This document shows, piece after piece, positions 8,127-18,463 of a DNA stretch of 64,000 bases. The notes below the pieces were generated by a model, which was given only the letters and a program-made list of their open reading frames with translations, did not search any database and was not told where the DNA came from. The stretch is taken from positions 21,354 through 85,353 of the forward strand of contig JANPFX010000221.1 of the NCBI GenBank assembly GCA_031423635.1, given 5' to 3'. The position numbers and the translations under genes were made by a program. The DNA is from Acidimicrobiia bacterium (GTDB taxonomy: Bacteria > Actinomycetota > Acidimicrobiia > Acidimicrobiales > JANYDT01). Position 1 is the stretch's first letter, and every line of letters starts with the position of its first letter.

Positions 8127-9278
8127 CTACCTCAGGCGAGCGAGGATCTCTCCCGTCGAAGCCCCGAGCGCCTCGACGGGACCCGGTCGCTCCTCCCAGT
8201 CGCTGAAGCCGACGGGGGATGCGGCGAGTCGATACGCCCGTTCTCCCGCCGCCTCGTCGACGGGCATCTGGACCCAAGCGCCGGCGGCGGCAATCTGGTC
8301 GTCGTCCAGCGCATCGGCAAGTGAGTTGATCGGCGCGAACCAGACGTCGCAGTCGTCGAACCGTTCGACCCACGTGTCGTAGGGGAGCGTGCCGAATTCG
8401 ATGTCGAGCATTGCGATGAGGGCACGCGCGTTCGCCGCGCGTCGACCGGCGGACGTGAATCGCTCGTCGTCGGCCCATTCGGTGCGTCGCAACGCCTGGA
8501 GCAGCGTTGGCCAGTGGCGATCCTGTTCGAGCCCGAGCAACCAGAAGCCGCGCCCATCGGCAGCCATATAGGAGTTGATGATCGGCGCGCCCATCTCGGT
8601 GCGGTGCTTCGTCGACTGAATCCGGCCGAAGTACTCGCGGATGCCGAGGTCCCAGCCGTTCACGTAGACACCGGTCCGCAGTAGCGACGTGTGCACGAGC
8701 CGTCCTTCGCCCGTACGGGTCCGATCGAACAGTGCCGCGCAGATCCCCGACACCATCGAAATCGCGGTCGTGTGATCGCCCATGCCGGATCGGGAAGCCG
8801 GTGGCAGCTCACCGGGCGGAACCATCGAGTGTGCAATCGACGACCGGGCCCAGAAGGCGCCGATGTCATAACCGGCCCGATCGCGATCCGGGCCGGCCAG
8901 CCCGTAGCCCGTGACCGAGGCGTAGATGAGCGACGGATGGCGGGCACGTACCGACTCGTGGTCGAGACCGAGACGCTCCAGTGCATCCGGCCGGAGGTTC
9001 GTCAAGAAGATGTCAGCGTCGGCAAGGAGCCCGTCGAGCTGCGTGCGGGCGTCGTCAGTGCGAAGGTCGAGGACGATGCACCGTTTGCCCCGGTTGTCGA
9101 GCTCGTACGGAGGCACGCGTGCCTGGTCGATGCCGAGGTTGCCGAAGAGGTTGCGCATCGGGTCACCGCTCGGCCCCTCGACCTTGATCACCTCGGCGCC
9201 CCAGTCGGAGAGGATGCCTCCCGCCCCCGGCCCTGCCACCCAGATCGCCAGCTCGACAACACGTACACCGGTCAACAT
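8127..9278 (-). CDS. Family III CoA-transferase (CaiB/BaiF type)
   Basis: ATG 9278 (MLTGVRVVELAIWVAGPGAGGILSDWGAEVIKVEGPSGDPMR) is the typical family III N-terminus. Longer ORF to 9440 rejected. Confidence 0.8.
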   Translation of the reverse strand: MLTGVRVVELAIWVAGPGAGGILSDWGAEVIKVEGPSGDPMRNLFGNLGIDQARVPPYELDNRGKRCIVLDLRTDDARTQLDGLLADADIFLTNLRPDALERLGLDHESVRARHPSLIYASVTGYGLAGPDRDRAGYDIGAFWARSSIAHSMVPPGELPPASRSGMGDHTTAISMVSGICAALFDRTRTGEGRLVHTSLLRTGVYVNGWDLGIREYFGRIQSTKHRTEMGAPIINSYMAADGRGFWLLGLEQDRHWPTLLQALRRTEWADDERFTSAGRRAANARALIAMLDIEFGTLPYDTWVERFDDCDVWFAPINSLADALDDDQIAAAGAWVQMPVDEAAGERAYRLAASPVGFSDWEERPGPVEALGASTGEILARLR

Positions 9279-9378
9279 GCACGCCGACCCTAAGCCACGC
9301 CGGGCGTTGCGGCCAGCGTGCGACGCGGCTCGACCGACTTCACGAACGAGGGGCGTGCGAACCGCTACGTTCGCAGTC

Positions 9379-10092
9379 ATGTTCACCTCGCCAGCAATCG
9401 TTGCCCACAGAGGCGCGTCGAAGGCGTTTCGCGAGAACACGGTCGAGGCCTTCGAGGAGGCCCGGCGTCAGGGTGCGTCGATGGTCGAATTCGACGTGCG
9501 GCGGACAAAGGACGGCGTGCTCGTGATCCACCACGATCCGTCCGTCTCCGGTGTCGGCGTCATTGTCGAGCTCCACGCGTCCGAGTTGCCGAGCTATATC
9601 CCCACCCTCGTTGAGGCGCTCGATGCGTGCGTGGGCATGGAAGTGAACATCGAGATCAAGAACGACGAACGCGAACCGGATTTCGATCCGGACGACGAGG
9701 TAGCGGCGAGGGTCGTCGACCTTCTCGCCACTCGAGAGGACGCCGACGCGATGCTCATCTCATCGTTCCGTGGTCCGACGATCGATGCCATTCGTTCCGC
9801 GAACCCCGAACTGCGTACGGGTTTTCTGTTCACCATGCCGCCGCTTTCTTCCCTGCGACTCGAGGCGATGATCCGGCGGACCGCGGCGACCGGTCATACG
9901 GCGATCCATCCCCACCACCGCGGGGTGACGCAGCGGATGGTCGACCAAGCGCACGAAGTTGATCTGGCCGTGAACGTCTGGACCGTCGACGATCCGAAAC
10001 GGATGCGCTCACTCGCCCGGATCGGGGTCGACGCACTCATCACCAACGTGCCGGGGATCGGCGTCGAGACGTTTCGCGTCCGCCACCCCTAG
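9379..10092 (+). CDS. Glycerophosphodiester phosphodiesterase
   Basis: ATG 9379. AHRGASKAFRENTVEAF and EFDVRRTKDGVLVIHHD motifs of the GDPD family. 237 aa. Confidence 0.8.
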   Translation: MFTSPAIVAHRGASKAFRENTVEAFEEARRQGASMVEFDVRRTKDGVLVIHHDPSVSGVGVIVELHASELPSYIPTLVEALDACVGMEVNIEIKNDEREPDFDPDDEVAARVVDLLATREDADAMLISSFRGPTIDAIRSANPELRTGFLFTMPPLSSLRLEAMIRRTAATGHTAIHPHHRGVTQRMVDQAHEVDLAVNVWTVDDPKRMRSLARIGVDALITNVPGIGVETFRVRHP

Positions 10093-11225
10093 GGAAGGAG
10101 CGAGGTGTACAGCTCCAGGTAGCGCTTGGCCGACACGGCAAGCGACAGGTGCTCCGCAACCCAGGCACGGGGCAGGTACGAGGCGCGCGACTCGAGGAAG
10201 AGGTGCAGCCTCGCCGGGAAATCCGCGGCTGCCCTGAACCGGTCCCCTGTGACCCCGTCGGCAAAGTACGGCACCGACGATGCCGACACCTGGTCGACGC
10301 CATAGGAGAACCGATTCGGGTCGTGCCACTCTCCGAGGTCCCACGCCAGCACGGGAACTCCGGTCGCCATCGCCTCCTGATACGCGAGGCCCTGGTTCTC
10401 GTGCTCGCAAAGGAAGATCAGGCCCCGTGTGCGCTTCAACGCCGACCGATAGGTCTCCTGGTCGTGCTCCCGGTAGACAAGCACCTCGTAACGCAGACCG
10501 CGGGCCTGGAGGGCCTCTTCGACCGGTACTCGTACCTCGCCGCGAACCCGATCCTGATCCCAGCGGATCTTGTCGTAGACGACGAAGTCGAGCTCTTTCG
10601 CTTCATCGGAGCAGTCCGGCCACGCGTCGAGGTCGATCCCGGCGAACCACACCTCGGTTTTCCCGGGGTATCCGGGCTCGAACATCTCGGCCACCCACAG
10701 TGACGCGGAGATGTAGATCCGGCGACGCGGGTCGTTCATCAGGTCAGGGTTTTGATTGGGGTGATCGTAGGGACCGTGCCCGATGATCTGGGGGTTCGGG
10801 AGATCGAGGTAGTCGATGATGCCCGGGTACCCGGCGAGACCCACCGGGTACGTGGGGTTACGGCGGGCCAGCCGTCGGTCGTTGACGACGACGTTGCATC
10901 CGGCGGCCAGGAGCGCCTGAACCAGTCGATCAAACGCCACCCCGAGTCCCGTCACGCGTTGGCCTGCTCTGGCCGCGTGCACGATCTTGCGCGCTGCCCG
11001 GTGGAGGTGACGATCTCCCGGGACAGCTGAATCCCGCTCGAAGTCCTCGAAGAACAACAGGACCACTCGATCGCGGTCCCAGTCGAGTGGCCGGCGATGC
11101 AGTCCGAGTCGGCACACGGCGCGACCCAGGCGCGCCACGCTGCGAGCCGGTGCCTTGACCATCTCATCGGTGATCACGGTGATCACACGGGGCCGCCCGA
11201 TCGCGCCAGTCCCCGCCTTCCTCAT
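10089..11225 (-). CDS. Glycosyltransferase (GT1/GT4-like C-terminal domain)
   Basis: C-terminal ENQGLAYQEAMATGVPVLA resembles the E-x7-E region of GT4 enzymes. Start uncertain (ATG 11225 chosen). Stop overlaps the glpQ-like stop in a shared CTAG. Confidence 0.55.
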   Translation of the reverse strand: MRKAGTGAIGRPRVITVITDEMVKAPARSVARLGRAVCRLGLHRRPLDWDRDRVVLLFFEDFERDSAVPGDRHLHRAARKIVHAARAGQRVTGLGVAFDRLVQALLAAGCNVVVNDRRLARRNPTYPVGLAGYPGIIDYLDLPNPQIIGHGPYDHPNQNPDLMNDPRRRIYISASLWVAEMFEPGYPGKTEVWFAGIDLDAWPDCSDEAKELDFVVYDKIRWDQDRVRGEVRVPVEEALQARGLRYEVLVYREHDQETYRSALKRTRGLIFLCEHENQGLAYQEAMATGVPVLAWDLGEWHDPNRFSYGVDQVSASSVPYFADGVTGDRFRAAADFPARLHLFLESRASYLPRAWVAEHLSLAVSAKRYLELYTSLLP

Positions 11226-11357
11226 GCGGCAAGTATCGGCGACCGGCGGGCGTGGCTCAATGCGCCGTTCGGCCCGTCGGCTCAGGGAAGGGCAACCGCT
11301 ACGGTTTGGTGCGTTGGCAAAGCCCACCATGGCGAGCCGCGGAGAAGAGTTCAGTCA

Positions 11358-12275
11358 GTGGCGACCACGTATTCCTCGCTTTCGTCAGGTGTCCGAGCGT
11401 TCGGTCGTGAGATCCGCGGCCTGTATCGGATCCGCACCCGTGATGTGCCCGGCGACGTGGCCCGGACGCTCGCTCATCTGCGTGACGTCGAGCGATCAGC
11501 AGTCGCCCTCGGCGGGAGCGAGCATCGTGGACTCGACGTGCTGGTTGTCGGGTGCGGCCAGACGCCGCGAGAGGTCCTCGGATTCGGTGCCCGCAATCGC
11601 GTCACCGGGATCGACCTCGACGTCGTTCCGACCGGAATCGATCCGATTTCGTACCTGCGGCTCCTCCGGCAGAACGGCGCGGTGCGGGTGGCCAAGACGC
11701 TCGGCCGAAAGGCGCTCGGGATCGACCGGAGGTTCGCCGCCGAGATGCAACGCCAGATCGGTGCGCCGTCCGCGTCGTCGCCGGTCATCCGGCAGATGAA
11801 CGCCGAAGCGATGTCGTTCGCGGACGAGTCGTTCGACCTCGTGTACTCCTATTCGGTGTTCGAGCATCTTCCAGATCCGGCCGCCGTCCTGGCCGAGATG
11901 GGCCGGGTATTGCGCCCGGGCGGGGCCGGATTCGTGAGCGCGCACTACTGGACGTCGGAGAGCGGCGCCCATGACATCCGGGTGTTCGCCGGCGATCGCG
12001 AAGACGTCCCGCTCTGGGCACACCTCCGCCCGGCCCATCGTCACGAGATCACCGAGAACGCCCATCTCAACTACTGGCGCGTCGAGCAGTACCGCCGGCT
12101 CTTTGCGAGCGTTCCGGACGGTCAGGTCGAGGTGGAGTTCCACGAACCGGATCGGCTCGCGGTGTTGGCCGATGAGCTCCAGCGGATCCGTGATGCCGGT
12201 GAACTCGGCGGCTATGCCGACGAGGAGTTGCTCGGCGTGAACATCTCCATGATGTGGCGCAGGCCGCTGCCCTGA
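11358..12275 (+). CDS. Class I SAM-dependent methyltransferase
   Basis: VLVVGCGQTPRE (motif I), DLVYSYSVFEHLPDP and VLRPGGAGFV motifs. Start uncertain (GTG 11358 chosen to avoid overlap with the divergent GT gene). Confidence 0.65.
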   Translation: MATTYSSLSSGVRAFGREIRGLYRIRTRDVPGDVARTLAHLRDVERSAVALGGSEHRGLDVLVVGCGQTPREVLGFGARNRVTGIDLDVVPTGIDPISYLRLLRQNGAVRVAKTLGRKALGIDRRFAAEMQRQIGAPSASSPVIRQMNAEAMSFADESFDLVYSYSVFEHLPDPAAVLAEMGRVLRPGGAGFVSAHYWTSESGAHDIRVFAGDREDVPLWAHLRPAHRHEITENAHLNYWRVEQYRRLFASVPDGQVEVEFHEPDRLAVLADELQRIRDAGELGGYADEELLGVNISMMWRRPLP

Positions 12276-12313
12276 CGCCTGTCGGGCTCCGGGTGGCGCC
12301 ACGGAGCCTGGCG

Positions 12314-13222
12314 CTACGGGAGCACGAGGTCGATGACTTCGGGCTCCCACCGAAACTGGAGCACTTCGGCATCGCCGAGGTGGTCGCCGTCGACCTGCCA
12401 TGGAAACGGGCGATTCCCGACGACCCGGATCGAGCGGAGGTTCTCGCGAACTTCGACCCCGGGTACCCTCCGCAACCGGTCACCCCCGCGCAACGCCGCA
12501 GTCACCGCGCGCAACGTGGAGCGAAGTCCGAACTGCGTGAGCACGACGCATGCCAGCGGATCGTCGAGGGTCGCCCCCGGAGCCAGCGACAGCGGCCGCG
12601 ATCCGAGAAAGGTGTACGGGTCGGTGTTCATGCACACGGCGAAGTACCCCTCGACGGATCCGTTGCCGAACTCCACCCGAAAAGGAGCGGACCGTCGGTC
12701 GAAGTGCCGAACCCAGGTGTCGATCGCCGCGTAGGCGAAAAGTGGATGCCCGAGGTATCGCTTGAGCTGGCCTCGCCGTTCGACCTGTTCGACCACCGCA
12801 GCGTCGTAGCCCATCCCGACGTGGAAACAGAAGAACCGACCGTTGACGCTGCCGAGTCCGACCCGCTTGATCGATCGGCGCGAGAGGGCTGACAGCAGCT
12901 GATTGGTCGCTTCGACCGGTTCGTTGACGAGCCCGATCGTGCGGGCGAACACGTTCGTCGAGCCCCCGGGCAGCACGGCAAGCGCCGTCCGCGAGCGCAC
13001 GAGGCCGTTCGCAACTTCGTTCACCGTACCGTCGCCGCCGAACGACACCACGACGTCGACACCGGTCGCGGCCGCACCCTGGGCCAAACGCGTGGCGTGA
13101 CCCCGTCGTTTCGTCTCCGAGACGGTCAGATCGTGACTGGCGGCCAGCGCGTTCTGGATGACGACACGGCCGCGTGCGGTGACGCCCGACGCCGATGGAT
13201 TGACGATGAAAAGGATCTTCAC
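12314..13222 (-). CDS. Diacylglycerol-kinase-family lipid kinase (YegS/BmrU type)
   Basis: 302 aa. KILFIVNPSASG and VVVSFGGDGTVNEVANGL (DAGK catalytic motif). GTG start. Confidence 0.8.
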   Translation of the reverse strand: MKILFIVNPSASGVTARGRVVIQNALAASHDLTVSETKRRGHATRLAQGAAATGVDVVVSFGGDGTVNEVANGLVRSRTALAVLPGGSTNVFARTIGLVNEPVEATNQLLSALSRRSIKRVGLGSVNGRFFCFHVGMGYDAAVVEQVERRGQLKRYLGHPLFAYAAIDTWVRHFDRRSAPFRVEFGNGSVEGYFAVCMNTDPYTFLGSRPLSLAPGATLDDPLACVVLTQFGLRSTLRAVTAALRGGDRLRRVPGVEVRENLRSIRVVGNRPFPWQVDGDHLGDAEVLQFRWEPEVIDLVLP

Positions 13223-13383
13223 GAAGCTCCGGGAGCTCTACGACGGGTGGCGAGAGAGAGTGACTCCCGACACATGAGTTCGTGCGAATTTTCACAAGCA
13301 CGTCGGGGCCGATCAGAATACGAGGTCACCGCTCCGCCTTGCTCCCGCTTCGGGGCGGCTCTCACCTTCTCAGGAGTCAGTTC

Positions 13384-14163
13384 ATGAACGTTGCCGTCTG
13401 CGTCAAGCAGATCCCGGACCCGGCCCTCCCGGGGTCGCTGGATCCCTCAACCCACGCACTTGTCCGCGAGGGCAAGCTCATCCTCGACGACTCCGACGCC
13501 GATGGGGGGGAGATGGCGCTGCGCCTCGTCGAGGCGGCGGGCGGGGGTGAGGTCACTCTCGTCTCGATGGCTCCCAATTCCGAACAGAGCGGCCTCCGCA
13601 CCGGTCTGGCCATGGGCGCACACAAGGCCATCCTCGTCAGCGATCCGGCGCTCAAGGGCTCCGACTCGCTCGGCACGGCCAAGGTCCTGGCCGCGGCGAT
13701 CAAGCGGGCAAACCCCGATCTCGTGATCGCCGCCACCGAGTCGACCGACGGCTATACCGGCACCACACCGGTCCAGATCGCCGAACTCCTCGGGTTCCCA
13801 TCGGTCACCTTCGCCAAGAAGGTCACCGTTTCGGGCAGCACCGTGGTCGTCGAGCGCCAGACGGAGTCCGGCTACGACGACGTGAGCGCGTCGCTCCCCG
13901 CCATGGTCACCGTCACCGCCGGTGTCGTCGAGGTTCGCTATCCGTCCTTCAAGGGCATCATGGCGGCCAAGGGCAAGCCCCTCGAGGAGCTCAAGATCGC
14001 CGACCTCGGCATCGACGCGTCGTCGGTCGGCTGGGCCGGTGCGGGCCAGAAGGTCGACTCCGTGGTCGACGCCGAAGCCCGCCAGGCGGGCATGGTCATC
14101 GAAGACGACGGCGAGGCGTACGCCAAGATCGTCGAGTTCCTCGAACAGCTCAAGGTCATCTGA
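13384..14163 (+). CDS. etfB: Electron transfer flavoprotein beta subunit
   Basis: [14 protein letters not shown]-terminus and overall ETF-beta pattern. 259 aa. Confidence 0.9.
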   Translation: MNVAVCVKQIPDPALPGSLDPSTHALVREGKLILDDSDADGGEMALRLVEAAGGGEVTLVSMAPNSEQSGLRTGLAMGAHKAILVSDPALKGSDSLGTAKVLAAAIKRANPDLVIAATESTDGYTGTTPVQIAELLGFPSVTFAKKVTVSGSTVVVERQTESGYDDVSASLPAMVTVTAGVVEVRYPSFKGIMAAKGKPLEELKIADLGIDASSVGWAGAGQKVDSVVDAEARQAGMVIEDDGEAYAKIVEFLEQLKVI

Positions 14164-14209
14164 GCGCCGGCTCAGCATTCGTTCGTTATCGGTAGAGAGA
14201 GAACACATC

Positions 14210-15178
14210 ATGGCAATTTCAACGATTTGGGTTGTTGCAGAGGTCGTCGACGGAAACGTCACCACCAGCTCGCTCGAGCTGCTCACGGCGGCACGGGCCA
14301 CCGGAGCGACGGTCGAAGCCGTCGTGGCCGGCGACGGCGCAGCCGTTGCCGACCAACTCGGCAGTTTCGGAGCCTCGAAGGTCTATTCCACCGGTGATCT
14401 CGGCGGGTCGCTCCTCGGTGTCCCCGTGGCTTCGGCGATCGCCGCACTCGTCGCCGGGGGCAACACCCCCGATGCGATCCTCCTGGCGCAGACCTACGAC
14501 GGCCGCGACATCGCCGGTCGTCTTTCGGTCAAGCTCGACCGCACCGTGCTCACGAATGCGGTCGGCGTCTCCGTCGTCGGCGACACGCTCGTCGCCGACC
14601 ATGCCGTCTTCGGCGGCTCGAAGATCGTGAAGGCCAGCTTCACCGGTGCGGGGCCGTTCATCGTGCTGGTTCGTCCGAAGAGCTACGCCGCGGAGGCTTC
14701 CGGTGGCGCGGCGGCCGCCGTCGAAACCATTGCGGTTCCCGACAGTGGCGCATCCGGATCGGCCACCGTCACCCAGCGTCACATGGAGGAGCGCACCGGA
14801 CCGAAGCTCGACGAAGCTGCCGTCGTCGTGTCCGGCGGCCGTGGTCTCGGTGAAGCCGGCAAGTTCTCCCTGGTCGAAGACCTGGCCAAGGCGCTGCATG
14901 GGGCGCCGGGTGCATCACGGGCCATCGTCGATGCCGGCTGGGTCCCCTACTCGTACCAGGTCGGCCAGACGGGCAAGACGGTCAAGCCCGAGGTCTACAT
15001 CGCCGCCGGCATCTCCGGTGCCACGCAGCACATGGTCGGTATGAAGGGCGCGAAGAACATCATCGCCATCAACAAGGACAAAGAAGCTCCGATTTTCGGC
15101 ATCGCTGATCTTGGAATCGTTGGTGATGTCCACAAGGTTTTGCCGAAGCTGTTGGAAGCGTTGAAGGGCCGCTCGTAA
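14210..15178 (+). CDS. etfA: Electron transfer flavoprotein alpha subunit
   Basis: ATG 14210. C-terminal FAD-binding region VVSGGRGLG...[19 protein letters not shown]. 322 aa. Confidence 0.9.
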   Translation: MAISTIWVVAEVVDGNVTTSSLELLTAARATGATVEAVVAGDGAAVADQLGSFGASKVYSTGDLGGSLLGVPVASAIAALVAGGNTPDAILLAQTYDGRDIAGRLSVKLDRTVLTNAVGVSVVGDTLVADHAVFGGSKIVKASFTGAGPFIVLVRPKSYAAEASGGAAAAVETIAVPDSGASGSATVTQRHMEERTGPKLDEAAVVVSGGRGLGEAGKFSLVEDLAKALHGAPGASRAIVDAGWVPYSYQVGQTGKTVKPEVYIAAGISGATQHMVGMKGAKNIIAINKDKEAPIFGIADLGIVGDVHKVLPKLLEALKGRS

Positions 15179-15260
15179 ACGCGAGCCCGAAGCGCGGCAG
15201 AACGGCGCGAGGCCGAACTCCTCGTGTCGAGTAGTCGGCAGAACAAGCGTCAACCTGAGG

Positions 15261-15295
15261 AAAACCGGCAGATTCTTCTGCCGGTTTTTCGCTTT
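15261..15295 (+). terminator. Intrinsic terminator downstream of etfA
   Basis: 12-bp stem AAAACCGGCAGA / TCTGCCGGTTTT with TTCT loop, followed by a T-rich run. Confidence 0.8.
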
Positions 15296-15331
15296 AGAAC
15301 CGGGGTGTATTTTCCGAAAGATCGACTGTCT

Positions 15332-18300
15332 ATGGTCAGCTTCGATCACGCGTCGTCGCTGACGGCGTGCCCTCAACCGGAGAGCACCGCTCACGCCCGA
15401 GCGGTGCTTCACGACATCGTGGACGACCTTGACGCCCTGCTGTTGTTCATCGAACTCCCAGCACGGAAGGTATCCGTCATTCGAGGACTCGGCTCGCTCG
15501 GGTTGACTCAAGCGGATCTCGACGCGGTCCGTCTCCTCGATCTGCTCGTCTACGAGGACCAAGTGCGCGTGGAAGCGTTGGTCCGGGGGATGTTCGAGGA
15601 CCAGCTTCCGCTCGCCAGCATCGACGTGGTCATGCAGGATGCATCCGGGGCGCTGCGTCCGGTCGGCCTCACGTTTCAGCGGGTCGACGAAAACGGCCGA
15701 ACGGGCGTTCTGCTTGCCTTGGAGGACCTACGCGCCGAATACCGCACCGCTGGATCACGCCTTCGACGGCGCGAGCTCAACGCCATCGTCGAGCGGGCAT
15801 CGCACCGGCTCGCGCTTGCGTCGAACGAGCAACTCGATGCGGCCCTCGCCGTCTGTGCTGAGGAGCTTGCGGCAGCGCTGGGGGCGGACCGTCTTTCGTT
15901 CTGGAGACTCGACTGCAACGATGTCTTGCAGAAGTCGCCGTGGCTGTGGCCAGTGGCGCCGTCAGGTGTCCAGATCGACTTTGCCGGCATCAGCGTCGAC
16001 CTCATCGGCGAACTGGCACGGAAGTCCGGCAACGGGATCGTCCTTCTACGAGCCACCGAACTCTCCGCTTCCTCGCCGCGCTACCTCCAGTGGCTGCGCG
16101 AGGACGGAGGAACGCTGATATGTGTGACCCGCGTCGACAACGACGGCAACACCCGAGTCTTCTCGTTCCACGTTCCCGATGACGACCCGAACCCACATCC
16201 CGACGAGATCCACGCGGCACGTGGCATCTTCGAGGTCATCGGCAACGCTCTCGACCGCCGAGCGATGTCCGAGACCATCGAGAGGAACGCTCGCTGGTCC
16301 CAGGCTGTCCTCGAGAGCTCGAGCGACATGATCGGTGTGCTCGACGAGGGATCGGTCATCCGGTTCGCCAGTGAATCGGTCAGCGATCTGGGCTACCAGC
16401 GCAGTGACATCGAGGGACGGCGATCGCTCGACCTCGTCCACCCCGACGATCTTCCGATCGCCGCCGAGCTCTTCTCCTCGCCGATCTCGAAGGTCGTGCG
16501 GTTCCGTCACGCTGACGGGTCGTGGCGCTACCTCGAGTGCCGCATCCGCAACCTCCTGGACGACCCCACGATTCACGGTCTGCTGCTCAACGCTCGCGAC
16601 GTCACCGAACGCGTGATGATCGAACGGACGGTCGCGTCGTATGCACGCGCCCAGCACCTGCTGTCGAGCGTCACGATGCGGCTCTCCGCCGCGCTCCCGG
16701 GTGAGCTTCTCGACGAACTCCGGCGCGGGCTCATCGAGCTCGCTGTTTTCGTCGGCGTCGACCGGGCGGCGCTCTGGTGGGCCAAGGAACCGGGCAGCGT
16801 CGATGCCGAGATGTTCGTCGGAGCCGACGGCACCGATCAGCTTCCACCGGGTCAGATCAGGGTGCCCGTTCCCGACCACATGCCGGCTTTCTCGTTCGAG
16901 CGATCGACCGACACCAACGCGGTGATGTTCACGAGCATGCGCCATCCCGACCTTCCTCCCGTGGCGGCGATGCTGGCGGCTCGTTTCGTCGGGCCGACCG
17001 GAACCCCCGGCATGCTGACGCTCGGATCGGAGAGCTCAGACTACGAACCCGACGAAGCCATTCAGCGGGTCGTGCCGGCATTCGCCCAGATCGTCAGCAC
17101 CGCGATGCTCCGCCACAACGCCGAACAGCGCTTGCAGCACCAGGCCACCATCGATCCGGTGACCGGTCTGGCCAATCGAGCGGTGATCCGCCGTCGCCTC
17201 GAGGAAGACCTCGAACGCACGCTCATCGAGGACGAGAGCGTCGCGTTGTTGCTTCTCGACCTCGACGACTTCAAGCTGGTGAACGACGGCTACGGACACC
17301 TTGCCGGTGATGACCTCCTCCGACAGTTCGGCGAACGCCTCAGCGGAACCTGTGGTCCCGACGATCTGGTGGGTCGACTCGGTGGAGATGAGTTCGTCGT
17401 GATCCGCTCCGGTCCGTCGGCTGCTCAGGAGATTGCGCCGCTTGCTGACCGGATCACGTTGGCGCTTCACGAACCGTTCGTGCTCGACGACCGGCGCTTC
17501 ACCGTGTCGTCGTCGATCGGCATCTCGACATTTCAGCCGGGCGACGATCCCGTCGACATGTCCGACCTTCTCCGGCGCGCCGACATCGCCATGTATCAGG
17601 CGAAGCGTCTCGGACCGGGCGAGGTCGCCCGATTCAACGACTCCATGGGTCAGCGGGCACGGGGCAATGCCATTCTCCGTACCGACCTGGAGTTGGCGAT
17701 CAAGAACCGCGATCTCGAAGTGTGGCTGCAGCCGATCGTCGACACGGTTACCGGACGGCGCCTCGGCGCGGAAGCCCTCGCCCGATGGCGTCATCCGAGC
17801 CTCGGGCTGATGAGTCCAGATGTCTTTGTCCCGATGGCGGAACGCTCCGGCTTGATCAATGCGCTCGGCGCCCTCATCCTCGACAAGGCACTCGAAGCAC
17901 TTGTACGGCTGCGCCGTGAGTTGATCGTCGATGACTCGTTCTACGTGTCGGTGAACGTGGCCGCGCCGCAGCTTCGAGAATCCAACTTCGGCGACATTGT
18001 CGCCGCCGCGCTCAACACCTTTGGTATCTCCACCCAACAGGTGCGCCTCGAGATCACCGAGTCGAGTCTCGTCGATCGGTCGCTACGTGGCTCGATGCAG
18101 GATCTTCGGCGCTCTGGTCTCCAACTGGCGATCGACGATTTCGGCACCGGATATTCGTCGCTCGCGTCGCTCCAGGATCTGCCAGTCGACGTGCTGAAGG
18201 TCGACCGGAGCTTCGTGCAGAGGATCGACACGGATCGGCAGGCCGCGGCGCTCGTCGCCGCCGTGGTCACCATGGCCAACACGCTCGGACTCGAAACGGT

Positions 18301-18463
18301 CGCCGAGGGCGTGGAAACCGAGGGACAGCGGGCCGCGCTCGCGCTTCTCGGCTGCCCATCCTCGCAGGGCTACCTGTTCGCACGCCCGCTCGAGGGCTCG
18401 AGTTGGCAGCGCCAGCCCGACCTTGGCGCACTCCCCTACTCGTTGAGCGCGACCGGCGGGTAA
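15332..18463 (+). CDS. Multi-domain PAS/GAF sensor with GGDEF diguanylate cyclase and EAL phosphodiesterase domains
   Basis: ATG 15332 chosen downstream of the etfA terminator. Intact RLGGDEFVV, EALARW and DDFGTGYSSL motifs. ~1043 aa. Confidence 0.85.
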   Translation: MVSFDHASSLTACPQPESTAHARAVLHDIVDDLDALLLFIELPARKVSVIRGLGSLGLTQADLDAVRLLDLLVYEDQVRVEALVRGMFEDQLPLASIDVVMQDASGALRPVGLTFQRVDENGRTGVLLALEDLRAEYRTAGSRLRRRELNAIVERASHRLALASNEQLDAALAVCAEELAAALGADRLSFWRLDCNDVLQKSPWLWPVAPSGVQIDFAGISVDLIGELARKSGNGIVLLRATELSASSPRYLQWLREDGGTLICVTRVDNDGNTRVFSFHVPDDDPNPHPDEIHAARGIFEVIGNALDRRAMSETIERNARWSQAVLESSSDMIGVLDEGSVIRFASESVSDLGYQRSDIEGRRSLDLVHPDDLPIAAELFSSPISKVVRFRHADGSWRYLECRIRNLLDDPTIHGLLLNARDVTERVMIERTVASYARAQHLLSSVTMRLSAALPGELLDELRRGLIELAVFVGVDRAALWWAKEPGSVDAEMFVGADGTDQLPPGQIRVPVPDHMPAFSFERSTDTNAVMFTSMRHPDLPPVAAMLAARFVGPTGTPGMLTLGSESSDYEPDEAIQRVVPAFAQIVSTAMLRHNAEQRLQHQATIDPVTGLANRAVIRRRLEEDLERTLIEDESVALLLLDLDDFKLVNDGYGHLAGDDLLRQFGERLSGTCGPDDLVGRLGGDEFVVIRSGPSAAQEIAPLADRITLALHEPFVLDDRRFTVSSSIGISTFQPGDDPVDMSDLLRRADIAMYQAKRLGPGEVARFNDSMGQRARGNAILRTDLELAIKNRDLEVWLQPIVDTVTGRRLGAEALARWRHPSLGLMSPDVFVPMAERSGLINALGALILDKALEALVRLRRELIVDDSFYVSVNVAAPQLRESNFGDIVAAALNTFGISTQQVRLEITESSLVDRSLRGSMQDLRRSGLQLAIDDFGTGYSSLASLQDLPVDVLKVDRSFVQRIDTDRQAAALVAAVVTMANTLGLETVAEGVETEGQRAALALLGCPSSQGYLFARPLEGSSWQRQPDLGALPYSLSATGG

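Noticed and set aside
8926-9378. Upstream 151 codons of ORF 8926-10092 (glpQ-like)
   Set aside because: The region is antisense to the CoA-transferase gene. GDPD homology starts at ATG 9379.
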